In this document: positions 38,592-48,122 of the stretch, in pieces
Position numbering within the stretch: position 1 is the stretch's first letter
How the letters are laid out: each line of letters opens with the position of its first letter
NCBI GenBank assembly: GCA_038325875.1
Contig: JBBQJL010000008.1
Coordinates: 454 to 64,453, forward strand
Length of the DNA: 64,000 bases
Source: Candidatus Limnocylindrales bacterium
Lineage (GTDB): Bacteria; Chloroflexota; Limnocylindria; Limnocylindrales; CSP1-4
Reading direction: 5' to 3'
The notes under the pieces: generated by a model
What the model was told of the DNA's origin: nothing
The model's input: only the letters and a program-made list of their open reading frames with translations
Database searches by the model: none
Position numbers and translations under genes: made by a program

Positions 38592-39629
38592 TCAACGACG
38601 AACGCGCCCTGACGCGTCCCCGCCGACAAGGGCCTCGATCTCGCCGAGTGAGACAAGACCGAAGTCGCCCGGGATCGAGTGCTTAAGGCAGGAAGCCGCG
38701 GTGGCGAATTCCACACTGGATTGTGAATCGTAGCCTCGCAGGATGGCGTAGATGAGACCACCCGCGAAGGCGTCACCGGCGCCCACGCGATCGACCACGG
38801 GGCTGATCTCGTACGAACGGCTCAGGTGATGGCCTTGGTCGTCGTAGAGCATCCCAGCCCAGTGATTGACGGACGCCGAGATGCTGCGGCGCAGGGTCGT
38901 GGCCACCCGGCCAACCCCGAACCTGCGCGACAGCTCGGTGGCGACGCGCTGGTACGCAGCGGCTGGCAGTTCTCCTGCCGTAACGTCGCTTCCGTCGGCG
39001 ACGATGCCAAAGACCTTCGCCGCGTCCTCCTCGTTGCCGATCAGCACATCGACATACGTCATCAGCTCGGTCATGACCTCGTTGGCCTCGTGGGTACTCC
39101 ACAGCTTCGCCCGATAGTTCAGGTCACAACTCACGCGAATGCCGCGCTCGTTCGCGACCCGTAGCGCGTCGCGCAGGGTAGCGCGCACGGGCTCGCCCAG
39201 GGCCGGAGTGGTGCCAGAGAAATGGAACCAGTCGGCGCCTTCGAGAATCGTCCTCCAATCGAAATCCGACGATCGCACGTCGCGGATCGACGTTTGACCG
39301 CGATCGTAGATGACGCTCGATGCCCGTTGTGACGCTCCTGTCTCGAGGTACAGGATCCCTAGGCGCTCGCCGCCACGGGCGATGTAGTCGGTCTTGATGC
39401 CGAACCGACGGAGGTAATTGACGCACGCATCACCGACCTCATGACCTGGCACCTTCGATACGGCAAACACCTCAACGCCGAGGCCAGCAAGCAAGGCGGC
39501 CACGTTTGCCTCGGCGCCCGTATATCGGACCTCGAACTCGCTTGCCTGTACGATCCGCTCGTTGCCGTGCGGGTTCAGTCGCAGCATCAGCTCGCCGAAG
39601 ACGACGACCCTGGGAGATTCAAGGGTCAC
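38592..39629 (-). CDS. kdgK: 2-dehydro-3-deoxygluconokinase (PfkB family)
   Basis: FGELMLRL, GAEANVA, DLNYRAKLW, NEED, DRVGAGDAF. Confidence 0.9.
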   Translation of the reverse strand: MTLESPRVVVFGELMLRLNPHGNERIVQASEFEVRYTGAEANVAALLAGLGVEVFAVSKVPGHEVGDACVNYLRRFGIKTDYIARGGERLGILYLETGASQRASSVIYDRGQTSIRDVRSSDFDWRTILEGADWFHFSGTTPALGEPVRATLRDALRVANERGIRVSCDLNYRAKLWSTHEANEVMTELMTYVDVLIGNEEDAAKVFGIVADGSDVTAGELPAAAYQRVATELSRRFGVGRVATTLRRSISASVNHWAGMLYDDQGHHLSRSYEISPVVDRVGAGDAFAGGLIYAILRGYDSQSSVEFATAASCLKHSIPGDFGLVSLGEIEALVGGDASGRVRR

Positions 39630-40282
39630 CGTCCGTCCCTCGCGACGTCGACTGCTGCTCTAAACCGTCGGGCGTTCTCAGTGATCAGGGACCAGTCCTG
39701 CTCAAGCAGGGCGCGATCGTCGACAAGTGCACGACCTACTCCGACTGCGATCGCGCCCGCTTTGATGTATTTCGGCGCGCTATCCAGGTCAACGTTGCCA
39801 GTAGGGAGCATCTTGATTTGCGGGAACGGTCCTTTGAGGTCTCTGAAGTAGTCCGGGGTCGCCACCCTGCCCGGGAAGAGCTTCACTACGTCCGCGCCGA
39901 GACTCCAAGCGTGGGTGATCTCGGTCGGTGTCAGGCAGCCCGGAATCACTGCGGCGCCATGTGCATGGGAGGTCGTGATCACCTCTGGAATCAGTGATGG
40001 CCCAACGATGAACGCGGCGCCCGCATTGATCGCGAGCGTCGCCGTCGCGGCATCGAGGACTGTTCCTGCTCCAATGAGAACCTCCTCGCCCAACACTCGC
40101 GTGGCGTCTTCGATGGCACGAAGCGCTCCTGGCACCGTCATTGTGATCTCGACCAGCACGACCCCGCCGTCACGCAGCGCACCCGCGAGCTTCGTCAGGT
40201 CTGCCCGCCGATCGATGCGGACCACGGCGACGACCCCTGTCTCCTCCAGGGTCTGCACGATCGCCTGTCTGTCATGGCCCAC
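39626..40282 (-). CDS. eda: KDPG/KHG aldolase
   Basis: VVAVVR, EITMTVP, GAGTVLD, TPTEI, VKLFP, PTGNV; GTG 40282 behind AAAGGAG. Confidence 0.92.
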   Translation of the reverse strand: MGHDRQAIVQTLEETGVVAVVRIDRRADLTKLAGALRDGGVVLVEITMTVPGALRAIEDATRVLGEEVLIGAGTVLDAATATLAINAGAAFIVGPSLIPEVITTSHAHGAAVIPGCLTPTEITHAWSLGADVVKLFPGRVATPDYFRDLKGPFPQIKMLPTGNVDLDSAPKYIKAGAIAVGVGRALVDDRALLEQDWSLITENARRFRAAVDVARDGR

Positions 40283-40414
40283 CGGACAGCTCCTTTGTTC
40301 CCGCCGCGTTCGTGATCGCCTGATACCCGGCTTCATACCGACTCGGCGACGAGCTAACGGCTCCGAGCGAGTTCCGCGATGCAGGGCTTCGAGCCGGGCC
40401 TAGTGACGATGTCG

Positions 40415-41170
40415 CTACCAGATGGTCTGACCTCCGTCGAGCACCAAAAGTTGGCCGATCATGTAGTCCGATGCCGGACTCGCCAGGAACACGAAGGCAC
40501 CCTTGAGGTCCTCTACGTCGGCAAACCGCCCTAGCGGGATTCGGGCAAGGTATTCGGCCTCTCGCTCCGAGTGGATGAAGTCGTGCGTCATGGGTGTTTC
40601 GACATAGCCCGGCGCAATCCCGTTGACCCGGACCCCGTAGCGCGCGAGCTCGACAGCCGAGCTTCGTGTGTATTGGGCGAGCGCACCCTTCGTCATGGCG
40701 TAGACCGTCTTGCCGTCCAGGCCCATGAACGAGCCGATCGAACAGACATTGATGATCTTGCCGTACCCCTTCGCGACCATCTGGGGTAGGAGCGCGCGCG
40801 TCATGGCGAATACCCCAGCCACGTTGACGCCCCAGACGTATTCGAGATCCTCGGAGGTTGCTTCGAGGATGGGTCGTCGCCGTTGCACGCCGATGCTGTT
40901 GACGAGGATGTCGGCTCCACCCATGGAATCCGCTACCTCGGGGAGGCGGTCTAGGTCGGCCTGATCACGCACGTCACCCGGCTCGACCGAAACATCAGCG
41001 CCACTTGGAAATGTTCGGCGGGCGACTTCGAGCTTGCCTCGATCGCGGCCACAGAGGAGGATTCGCGCATTGGCGTTCGCAAGTGCGTGCGCGGCAGCAA
41101 GACCGATCGCGCCGGACCCTCCTCCGATGACAGCCAATCGTCCGTCAAGAGAGAACAAGATCACGACCAT
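40415..41170 (-). CDS. SDR oxidoreductase (gluconate 5-dehydrogenase/KduD-like)
   Basis: LFSLDGR, GGSGAIG, YAMTK, IAPGY, RIPLGR, ASDY. Confidence 0.88.
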   Translation of the reverse strand: MVVILFSLDGRLAVIGGGSGAIGLAAAHALANANARILLCGRDRGKLEVARRTFPSGADVSVEPGDVRDQADLDRLPEVADSMGGADILVNSIGVQRRRPILEATSEDLEYVWGVNVAGVFAMTRALLPQMVAKGYGKIINVCSIGSFMGLDGKTVYAMTKGALAQYTRSSAVELARYGVRVNGIAPGYVETPMTHDFIHSEREAEYLARIPLGRFADVEDLKGAFVFLASPASDYMIGQLLVLDGGQTIW

Positions 41171-41200
41171 GCACCGGGATGAGCCTCGTAGTCACGAGCA

Positions 41201-41254
41201 AATGTAACAGCGTTACCTGTGACCATGATAGCGATGCATGTGGCGGGGCGTCAA
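41201..41254 (-). promoter_or_regulatory. Sigma70 promoter plus operator copy 3
   Basis: TTGACG (41254-41249)-18 nt-TATCAT (41230-41225); AATGTAACAGCGTTAC at 41201-41216. Confidence 0.7.
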
Positions 41255-41820
41255 GGGTGGGGCTGAGCACCACTCGCTGTGATCCAGACCAAGCGCTCAT
41301 GGCGGGCTGTACCGCCGGCCCGACAGGTCCACCCCGTCGACGTCGAAGCTCCCGCAGAAGCGGAACGAGGATCTGACCGGCCCCACGGGCCACGTCGAGA
41401 GCCGGTTGCCCGGACCGCCGGACCGCCGCGCCGTAGGTAGGCGAGCCCTGCCGGCTCGGCGACGTTGAACTCGGTCCACGAGCGGGCCATCGGCCCGTGG
41501 TGCCACGTCTGGGACCGCTTGCTCATCGCCGACGAGCCGGGCCGTCAACCCCCTAGGGCGACGGATGCAACGATGTCAGTTCACCAATTGACAGGCTGGC
41601 CGCAGCGGGGCACCCCACAACACAGGCCCGAATACGAACACGCCCGTCGCCGACCCGCCCTGCCCGGACTGCGGCGGGCCGACGTTCCGCCACCGCCACT
41701 GATATTCGTTGCTCATCTGCGACTGGTGCCCGTGGGAGATCAACGAGGAGCCCATGCCGCACCCGTTGGCCTGCGACTGCTACTGGTGCATATCGGGCTC
41801 GTCCTAGCCGACGGGGCCCG

Positions 41821-43374
41821 GTGATGGCCGCCCATCATTGGTTGGTCTATCGACGTCGATCACTAAAGCGCCTCGGCTCCGCCCGCGTCGTCGCATCGGC
41901 CGACGTCTCGGATGCCGTGCAACTCGAGCGATGTCTGGCCTTGCTCCCGGTCGGCGTGACGTATGACGTCGTTGACGATCTCGGGGGCAAGCAGTCAGGC
42001 CGCACCGATAAGCGCAACGGCTGGGCCGAGATCGCCCGCCGGATCGCGGGTGGCGGCATCGCGGGGGTCGTCGCCTACGATGTCAGCAGGTTGGCACGGA
42101 ACGCCCGGCTGATCCTGAACTTGAAGGACGCGCTGGAAAAGCAGGGCGGGGTTCTCCGTCTGGGCACGATGCCCGACATCGACCTGACGCGGCCCGAAGT
42201 TCAGTTCCTGCTCACCAGCCTCGCCGGGGCCGCCCAACTACAGGCCGATCTCGACTCTGCCCGCATGGTCGGCATGATGCGCCAGACGTTCGAGACGGGC
42301 GGCCATCGTGGCAAGGACCCGATGGGCTACACGTCGGCCCGGGACGACAAGGGCACGTTGATCCAGCCCCGCTCGCTCGTCGTCGTGCCCGAGGAAGCCG
42401 AAGTCGTCCGGCGGGTATTCGCCCTGCTGGCCTGCCACCCGCTGGTCGAAGTCGCCGCGATCCTGAACCGGGAGGGCGTCCCCCACCGGGTGCCCCGACC
42501 GTGGACGGCAGCCGCGATCCGCGATCTGTGGCGGCGGCGCGATCTGTACCTAGGCAACGTCACCAGCAAGCGCGGGCTCGAAGTCCGGCCCGGCCGTCAT
42601 GAGGCGATCCTGACCGACGAGGTTTACCGCGATGTCGTCGTGGGCGTCGGGCGGCGGCGACACAGCAAGGGACCCAAGCCGCGCACCGCCAAGCGGACCT
42701 ACGTCCTGCGAGGTCTTGTCTTCTGCGCTTGCGGTGCCCGGATGCGCGGCGACACCCGGGTCAGTCGCGGGTCGGAGTGGCTGTATTACCAATGCCCGGT
42801 CGCCGACGGCAAGATGGCGATCGTCGGACCCGACGGCGAACTCGTCGAGTGCCACGCCCGTCGGCTCCCGGCTCGGACTGCCGAGCAGGCCGTCCTTGAC
42901 GCGATCCGGACCTTCGCCGTGCCGGAGGCCACGATGACAGCGGCCCGCGCCGAACTTGCCCGCCGACTGCGCCAGACGCCCGAGGCGACCGGGAGCGCGG
43001 CCCGGGACAAGGTCCGGCTCACCGCCCGGCTGGGCAAGCTCGCCGACCTCTACGGATGGGGTCACATCGACGAGGCGAGGTACCGCGCTGATCGGGCCGA
43101 GATCGAGGCCGGACTGGCGGCGCTGTCAGAGGATGACCGGCTGGTGAAGTTCGACCGGACCAGGGCTCTGGTGCGGACGCTGCCCGAGGCGATGGCCGGT
43201 GCGTCCCGCGATCGGCTCCAAGAACTCGTCGCGATGGTCGTGGAGCGTGTCGAGGCGGCCGACAGGCAACTGGGCGCGATCGTCTGGCAACCTGCGGCCC
43301 GGCCGTTCTTCGCGACCTCGACGCTGGGGATATGGTGCCCCTGGAGGGAATCGAACCCCCGACGCAGGCCTTAG
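41821..43374 (+). CDS. Large serine recombinase (resolvase, recombinase and zinc-ribbon domains)
   Basis: VYRRRS catalytic Ser region, DVSRLARN, PMGY, HEAIL, LRGLVFCACGARM...YYQC; last 13 residues antisense to tRNA-Arg. Confidence 0.92.
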   Translation: MMAAHHWLVYRRRSLKRLGSARVVASADVSDAVQLERCLALLPVGVTYDVVDDLGGKQSGRTDKRNGWAEIARRIAGGGIAGVVAYDVSRLARNARLILNLKDALEKQGGVLRLGTMPDIDLTRPEVQFLLTSLAGAAQLQADLDSARMVGMMRQTFETGGHRGKDPMGYTSARDDKGTLIQPRSLVVVPEEAEVVRRVFALLACHPLVEVAAILNREGVPHRVPRPWTAAAIRDLWRRRDLYLGNVTSKRGLEVRPGRHEAILTDEVYRDVVVGVGRRRHSKGPKPRTAKRTYVLRGLVFCACGARMRGDTRVSRGSEWLYYQCPVADGKMAIVGPDGELVECHARRLPARTAEQAVLDAIRTFAVPEATMTAARAELARRLRQTPEATGSAARDKVRLTARLGKLADLYGWGHIDEARYRADRAEIEAGLAALSEDDRLVKFDRTRALVRTLPEAMAGASRDRLQELVAMVVERVEAADRQLGAIVWQPAARPFFATSTLGIWCPWRESNPRRRP

Positions 43375-43408
43375 GACGGCCTCGCTCTATCCGCTGAGCT
43401 ACAGGGGC
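43333..43408 (-). tRNA. tRNA-Arg(CCT)
   Basis: GCCCCTGTAGCTCAGCGGATAGAGCGAGGCC-GTCCTAA-GGCCTGCGTCGGGGGTTCGATTCCCTCCAGGGGCACCA. Confidence 0.95.
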
Positions 43409-43503
43409 GCTGCGCCGAAGGGCATGGTACCGCGCCCCGAACTGGCTATCGACTGATGTGTCGCGGACGTGGTTCCATGATGGCGGCCCAACGAGGAGGA
43501 TCC

Positions 43504-44721
43504 ATGGTCCCGACGACCCGCCGCTCGAACGGCACAACCGCCACCTTGGCCGCCGCCCTTCTTGCCCTCGCCGCGCTCCTCGGAAGTGCCGGCTCGGCCG
43601 GCGCTGTCGTACCGCCAGACTTCCGCGCGGTCAGGATCAACCTGAACTCGGTCGCCAGTGGGCTGACTGGGCCGGTCCTGGTCACCAACGCCCATGACGG
43701 CTCCCATCGCCTGTTCATCGTCGAGCAGCGTGGTGTGATCAAGATCTGGAAGAGCGGCAAGGTCCTCGGCCCGGCCTTCCTCGACATCCGGTCAAAGGTC
43801 AAGGCCAGCAGCGAGCAAGGCCTTCTCGCCCTCGCCTTCCACCCGAACTACAAGCACAACCACAAGTTCTACGTGCTGTACACCGCCAGGGGCACGGGCG
43901 ACGTCACCGTCGCCGAGTTCCGCTCGAGCACGACCAACAAGAACCGCGCCCCAGCCACGACCTATCGGCGCGTCCTGTCGATCCGCCACCGGACGAACAC
44001 CAACCACAACGGCGGAATGCTCGCGTTCGGCAAGTACAACGGCTTCCTGTACATCTCGGTCGGCGACGGAGGGGGCGGCGGCGACGTCGACAACCACGCT
44101 CAGTCGCGCGGCAGCCTCCTCGGCAAGATGCTCCGGATCGATGTCGATGCGACCTCGCCGGGCAAGGCCTACCGCATCCCGACCAACAATCCGTACGCCA
44201 AGAGCACGATCGCCAAGCGTGAGATCTGGGCGCGCGGCCTGCGCAATCCGTGGCGCTTCTCGTTCGACCGGGCGAACGGAGACCTGTGGATCGGCGACGT
44301 CGGTCAGGGCGCCTGGGAGGAAGTCGACCGGGCGACCCTCGCCAGCGGTGGCGGACGTGGCCTCAACTTCGGCTGGCACGTGATGGAGGGCGACGCCTGC
44401 TATCAGCCATCCTCGGGGTGCGTGACGACCGGCCTGACCACGCCGATCGCCGTGTATGACCACGGCACGGGCTGCGCGATCATCGGCGGCTACGTCTACC
44501 GCGGGCCGCAGGCCATCCTGGCCGGCGCCTACCTGTTCTCGGATGTCTGCTCAGGCAAGATCTGGTCGATCGTGGCGGCGGGGCCGAAGCCCCAGACCCC
44601 GACCGAGATGGCGTCTACCGGATTGGGCATCACCTCGTTCGGCGAGGGCGAGAGCGGAACGGTCTACGTCACGGCCCAGGACGGTCACGTCTACCGGCTC
44701 TCGGCGGCGGTCCGGCCGTAG
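43504..44721 (+). CDS. PQQ-dependent sugar dehydrogenase (GSDH family), secreted
   Basis: Signal peptide, EQGLL.LAFHP, NHNGG, GDGG, GLRNPWRFSFD, GDVGQ..WEE. Confidence 0.92.
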   Translation: MVPTTRRSNGTTATLAAALLALAALLGSAGSAGAVVPPDFRAVRINLNSVASGLTGPVLVTNAHDGSHRLFIVEQRGVIKIWKSGKVLGPAFLDIRSKVKASSEQGLLALAFHPNYKHNHKFYVLYTARGTGDVTVAEFRSSTTNKNRAPATTYRRVLSIRHRTNTNHNGGMLAFGKYNGFLYISVGDGGGGGDVDNHAQSRGSLLGKMLRIDVDATSPGKAYRIPTNNPYAKSTIAKREIWARGLRNPWRFSFDRANGDLWIGDVGQGAWEEVDRATLASGGGRGLNFGWHVMEGDACYQPSSGCVTTGLTTPIAVYDHGTGCAIIGGYVYRGPQAILAGAYLFSDVCSGKIWSIVAAGPKPQTPTEMASTGLGITSFGEGESGTVYVTAQDGHVYRLSAAVRP

Positions 44722-44779
44722 CCGATCCTGTGGCGGTTCGAGGGCGGCCCGCCGGCACCCTCGACTACAATCGGAGGGT

Positions 44780-45082
44780 ATGGATGACGCCACCCCGACC
44801 GGGGCCGACGGCGCCCCCCCGACCGAGCTCGTCCTGTACACGCGCCCGGGTTGCGGGCTGTGTGGCGAGACCCGCGACTTCCTGACGGCCGTTCTCGCAC
44901 AGCGGCTGGCGGCCGGCCGTCCCTCCCCCGCCCTGGTCGAGCGCGACATCAGCTCGGACCCGACCTGGGAGCGAGCGTTCTTCGCCGAGATCCCGGTCGT
45001 CGAGCTTGGTCAACGCCGGCTGACCCTGGCCATCAGCCCGGTCCGGATCGAACGCCTCCTGGCCGAGGTCCTGGACCGGTGA
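44780..45082 (+). CDS. Glutaredoxin-like protein (DUF836)
   Basis: LYTRPGCGLC...DI..D......IPVV. Confidence 0.85.
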   Translation: MDDATPTGADGAPPTELVLYTRPGCGLCGETRDFLTAVLAQRLAAGRPSPALVERDISSDPTWERAFFAEIPVVELGQRRLTLAISPVRIERLLAEVLDR

Positions 45083-45903
45083 CCGGCGGGACGGAACTGA
45101 CCTTTCTCGTGGCCTTCGCCGCGGGCCTCCTCAGCTTCCTGTCACCGTGCGTGCTGCCGCTCGTGCCGGCCTACCTCGGCCAGCTCAGCGCGGTGGCTGT
45201 CGCCGGCGCGCCCCCCGGGACCGCGCCGTCGCGCTGGCTGGTGATGCGCCACTCGGTGGCGTACGTCCTCGGCTTCGGGACGGTCTTCACGATCCTCGGG
45301 ATCAGCGCCACCTACGCGGGCGGGGCGCTGGGTCAGTGGCTGCCGTTGCTTCGCCAGATCGGCGGGGTCGCCCTGATCCTGATGGGGCTGAGCCTGGCCG
45401 GCTTCCTGTCGATCGACCGGCTCCAGCGGACGTGGCGCCCGCTCCATCTTGGGGCCAGCACGACCGTCGCCGGCGCCACCGGTGGGATGGTCCTCCAGGA
45501 TCCGAGCCGGTCGACTCCGGGCATCGCCGACCGGATCGGGGGGAGGCTGGTCGGCGACGGCCGCGGGCTGGTCGCCTCCTTCGGACTCGGGACGATCTTC
45601 GCTATCGGCTGGACGCCGTGCATCGGGATCATCCTCGGCGGCATCCTCACCCTGGCCGCGACGTCCGGCTCGACCGCCCAGGGCGCGATCCTGCTGATCG
45701 GCTACACGCTCGGGCTGGGCATCCCGTTCCTGGCCATCGGGGCGCTGTTCGATCGCGCCCCGGCCGTCCTCCGCCCACTCCAGCACCACGCGCACACCGT
45801 ATCGGTCATCGGTGGGCTGCTGGTCGCGGCGATCGGCGTGGCGATGCTGTTCGACCTGCTGTCGCTGATGCCGCGCTACTTCCAGTTCCTGACCGGGATC
45901 TGA
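45079..45903 (+). CDS. ccdA: Cytochrome c biogenesis protein CcdA
   Basis: AGLLSFLSPCVLPLVPAY, GWTPCIG, YTLGLGIPF. Confidence 0.92.
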   Translation: MTGGTELTFLVAFAAGLLSFLSPCVLPLVPAYLGQLSAVAVAGAPPGTAPSRWLVMRHSVAYVLGFGTVFTILGISATYAGGALGQWLPLLRQIGGVALILMGLSLAGFLSIDRLQRTWRPLHLGASTTVAGATGGMVLQDPSRSTPGIADRIGGRLVGDGRGLVASFGLGTIFAIGWTPCIGIILGGILTLAATSGSTAQGAILLIGYTLGLGIPFLAIGALFDRAPAVLRPLQHHAHTVSVIGGLLVAAIGVAMLFDLLSLMPRYFQFLTGI

Positions 45904-46622
45904 TGACTGGTCCGACACCCGACTTCGAGCATCGCCCCGAGCGCCATGGCCTGATCGGTCCGTTCAGCGGCCGACAGCTGGGCGTGGTCCTCGCCATCGT
46001 GATGGTCGTGGCGGTGATCCTCGTCGCTGCGACCCGACCGCTCGGGACGACCGGCGTGACCGGGCCGGGCGACCCGCGACCGACCGCCTACCTGATCGGC
46101 TCCCCGACGACCGGCCTCGAGGTCGGCAGCCTCGCGCCCGAGCTGGCCGGCACGCACCCGGACGGGACGACCTGGCAGCTGACCGACGTGACCGGCAAGC
46201 CAGTCCGCCTGGCCGACCTCCGCGGCAAGGGCGTCTGGATCAACTTCTGGGCGAGCTGGTGCCCGCCCTGTCAGGCGGAGACGCCGATCCTGCGCGACAC
46301 CTACGCCGCGTACAAGGACCGAAGCATCGAGCTGATCGGGATCAGCGTCCAGGAGACGAACCCCGCCGACGTCCAGGCCTACGCCACGAAGTACGGGCTC
46401 GACTACACCATCGCCGCCGACCTGTCGGCCGACGTCTTCCACCTGTACAAGGTCTACGGCCTGCCGACCCAGGTGTTCATCGGCCCGGACGGCCGGATCC
46501 AGAGGGTGATCGCCGGTCCGCTGTCCGCCGCCGAAGCCGCCGCCCAGGTCGAGGCGATCCTGCCGCCGCCGTCGAGTGCTGCGCCGCCGGGCACTTCGCC
46601 GGCCGCCTCCCCGCCGCCGTAA
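45903..46622 (+). CDS. TlpA/ResA-like membrane thiol-disulfide oxidoreductase
   Basis: TM anchor, INFWASWCPPC, GLPT. Confidence 0.92.
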   Translation: MTGPTPDFEHRPERHGLIGPFSGRQLGVVLAIVMVVAVILVAATRPLGTTGVTGPGDPRPTAYLIGSPTTGLEVGSLAPELAGTHPDGTTWQLTDVTGKPVRLADLRGKGVWINFWASWCPPCQAETPILRDTYAAYKDRSIELIGISVQETNPADVQAYATKYGLDYTIAADLSADVFHLYKVYGLPTQVFIGPDGRIQRVIAGPLSAAEAAAQVEAILPPPSSAAPPGTSPAASPPP

Positions 46623-46624
46623 GG

Positions 46625-47485
46625 TCAGCCCGGCTCGTAGCGGAAGCGGTCGCGGTCCCGGACGAGGCGGCCGACCGGGTGGAACGGCTCGTGCGACAGG
46701 ACGACGATCCAGCCCTCATCGGCGGCCTGGGCGAATAGCGCGCCCTTGACCAGGACCGAATCGAGCGGGAAGTCGTCGAACGCAGTGACCCAGCGCGGGT
46801 TGGCGCTCCACGGCCGCATGCACAGGTCGCCGAAGAAGGCCAGCGTCCGCCCGCCGGGGCCGGCGCCGCGGACGACGACCGCCTGGTGCCCGGCCGAATG
46901 CCCGCCCGTCGGCACGACCGATACGCCCGGCAGGATCTCGCGCTCGCCGTCCGCCCAACCCTCGGCGCCCCAGTCGTGGACGAGCCGAAGCTCGGCCTGG
47001 ACGTAGCTGGCGACCAGGCGCGGGTTGTCGCCGAGGGCGATCTCCCACTCCGCCCGCTGGGCGACGATCGTCGCCCTCGAGAATGCCCGCTCGCCGTCGG
47101 GCATGAGCAAGCCCCCGGCGTGGTCGAAGTGGAGATGGCTCATCGCCACGATGTCGACCGACCTGGGCGCGAAACCGGCCCGCTCGAGCGCCGGGACGAT
47201 CCAGAGGCCCTCGTAGCCGCGCATCGCCCGACCCCTGTCGTCGATCCGCCCGCCGATCCCGGTCTCGACGAGGACCCTCCCGCCGGGCGTCTCGATGAGC
47301 AGGCAGTTGAGCGCCTGGAGCAGCCGGTTGTCGGCGTCGATCTCGTCGCTGACGAGCCGATCCCAGAGCAGCCGTGGGACCGGGCCGAACAGGGTGCCCG
47401 CGTCGGACCGGAAGGTGCCCGCCTGGATGAGCGCGGCGGTCGTGCCGCCGCCGAGCTCGGTCGACCAGTGGACGGCGTCGTTCAT
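46625..47485 (-). CDS. Metallo-beta-lactamase fold hydrolase (YtnP-like)
   Basis: DAGTLFGPVP, SHLHFDHAGG, GGHSAGHQ, GDL. Confidence 0.88.
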   Translation of the reverse strand: MNDAVHWSTELGGGTTAALIQAGTFRSDAGTLFGPVPRLLWDRLVSDEIDADNRLLQALNCLLIETPGGRVLVETGIGGRIDDRGRAMRGYEGLWIVPALERAGFAPRSVDIVAMSHLHFDHAGGLLMPDGERAFSRATIVAQRAEWEIALGDNPRLVASYVQAELRLVHDWGAEGWADGEREILPGVSVVPTGGHSAGHQAVVVRGAGPGGRTLAFFGDLCMRPWSANPRWVTAFDDFPLDSVLVKGALFAQAADEGWIVVLSHEPFHPVGRLVRDRDRFRYEPG

Positions 47486-47525
47486 GCTCACGGCCGCTCG
47501 GTCGTATCCTCGTGCCGCGGTCCCG

Positions 47526-48122
47526 TCAGGACCGGGACGACTCCTCGGTCTTGCGGGCGGTGAAATCCCGGTGGAAGGCCGAGGCGGTCGGTTCGGACTG
47601 GCCCTGGTATTTCGAGCCAAGGGCCGGCGAGCCATACGGCCGCTCGACCGGGCTCGACATCGCGAAGAAGCTGATCTGTCCGATGCGCATCCCGAAGTAG
47701 AGCGCGATCGGCAGGTTGGCGACATTCGACAGCTCGAGCGTCAGATTGCCCTTCCAGCCAGGGTCCACATAGCCGGCGGTCGAGTGGATGAGCAGGCCGA
47801 GTCTCCCTAACGACGACTTACCCTCCAGGCGGGCGACGAGGTCATTCGGCAGTTCCACCCACTCATGGGTCTGGCCGAGCACGAACTCTCCGGGATGGAG
47901 GATGAATGGCTCATCGTCTGAGATGGTCAGCAGCTCGGTCAGATCGGGCTGCGGTGCCCGGACGTCGATGAAGGCATATCGATTGTTGCGAAAGACGCGG
48001 AACGACCGGTCCAGGTGCAGATCCACCGATGACGGCTGGAGGTCCTGCGGGTCATACGGGTCGATCCGGACATCGCCGGCCTCGAGGGCGGTCCGGATAT
48101 CGCGGTCGGAGAGGACGCTCAC
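47526..48122 (-). CDS. dcd: dCTP deaminase
   Basis: [35 protein letters not shown]. Confidence 0.96.
   Translation of the reverse strand: MSVLSDRDIRTALEAGDVRIDPYDPQDLQPSSVDLHLDRSFRVFRNNRYAFIDVRAPQPDLTELLTISDDEPFILHPGEFVLGQTHEWVELPNDLVARLEGKSSLGRLGLLIHSTAGYVDPGWKGNLTLELSNVANLPIALYFGMRIGQISFFAMSSPVERPYGSPALGSKYQGQSEPTASAFHRDFTARKTEESSRS

Larger units (their letters stand above)
27972..43348. mobile_element. Serine-recombinase genomic island integrated at tRNA-Arg(CCT), about 15.4 kb
   Basis: 16-bp direct repeats at both ends, recombinase adjacent to the tRNA, cargo visibly richer in A/T than the flanks. Confidence 0.85.

Noticed and set aside
41251-41526. Possible pyridoxamine oxidase-like pseudogene (MARSWTEF...)
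   Set aside because: Similarity limited to a few residues
41700-41702. In-frame TGA as selenocysteine in the Cys-rich ORF
   Set aside because: No start codon, TGA not at a Cys-motif position, no clear SECIS
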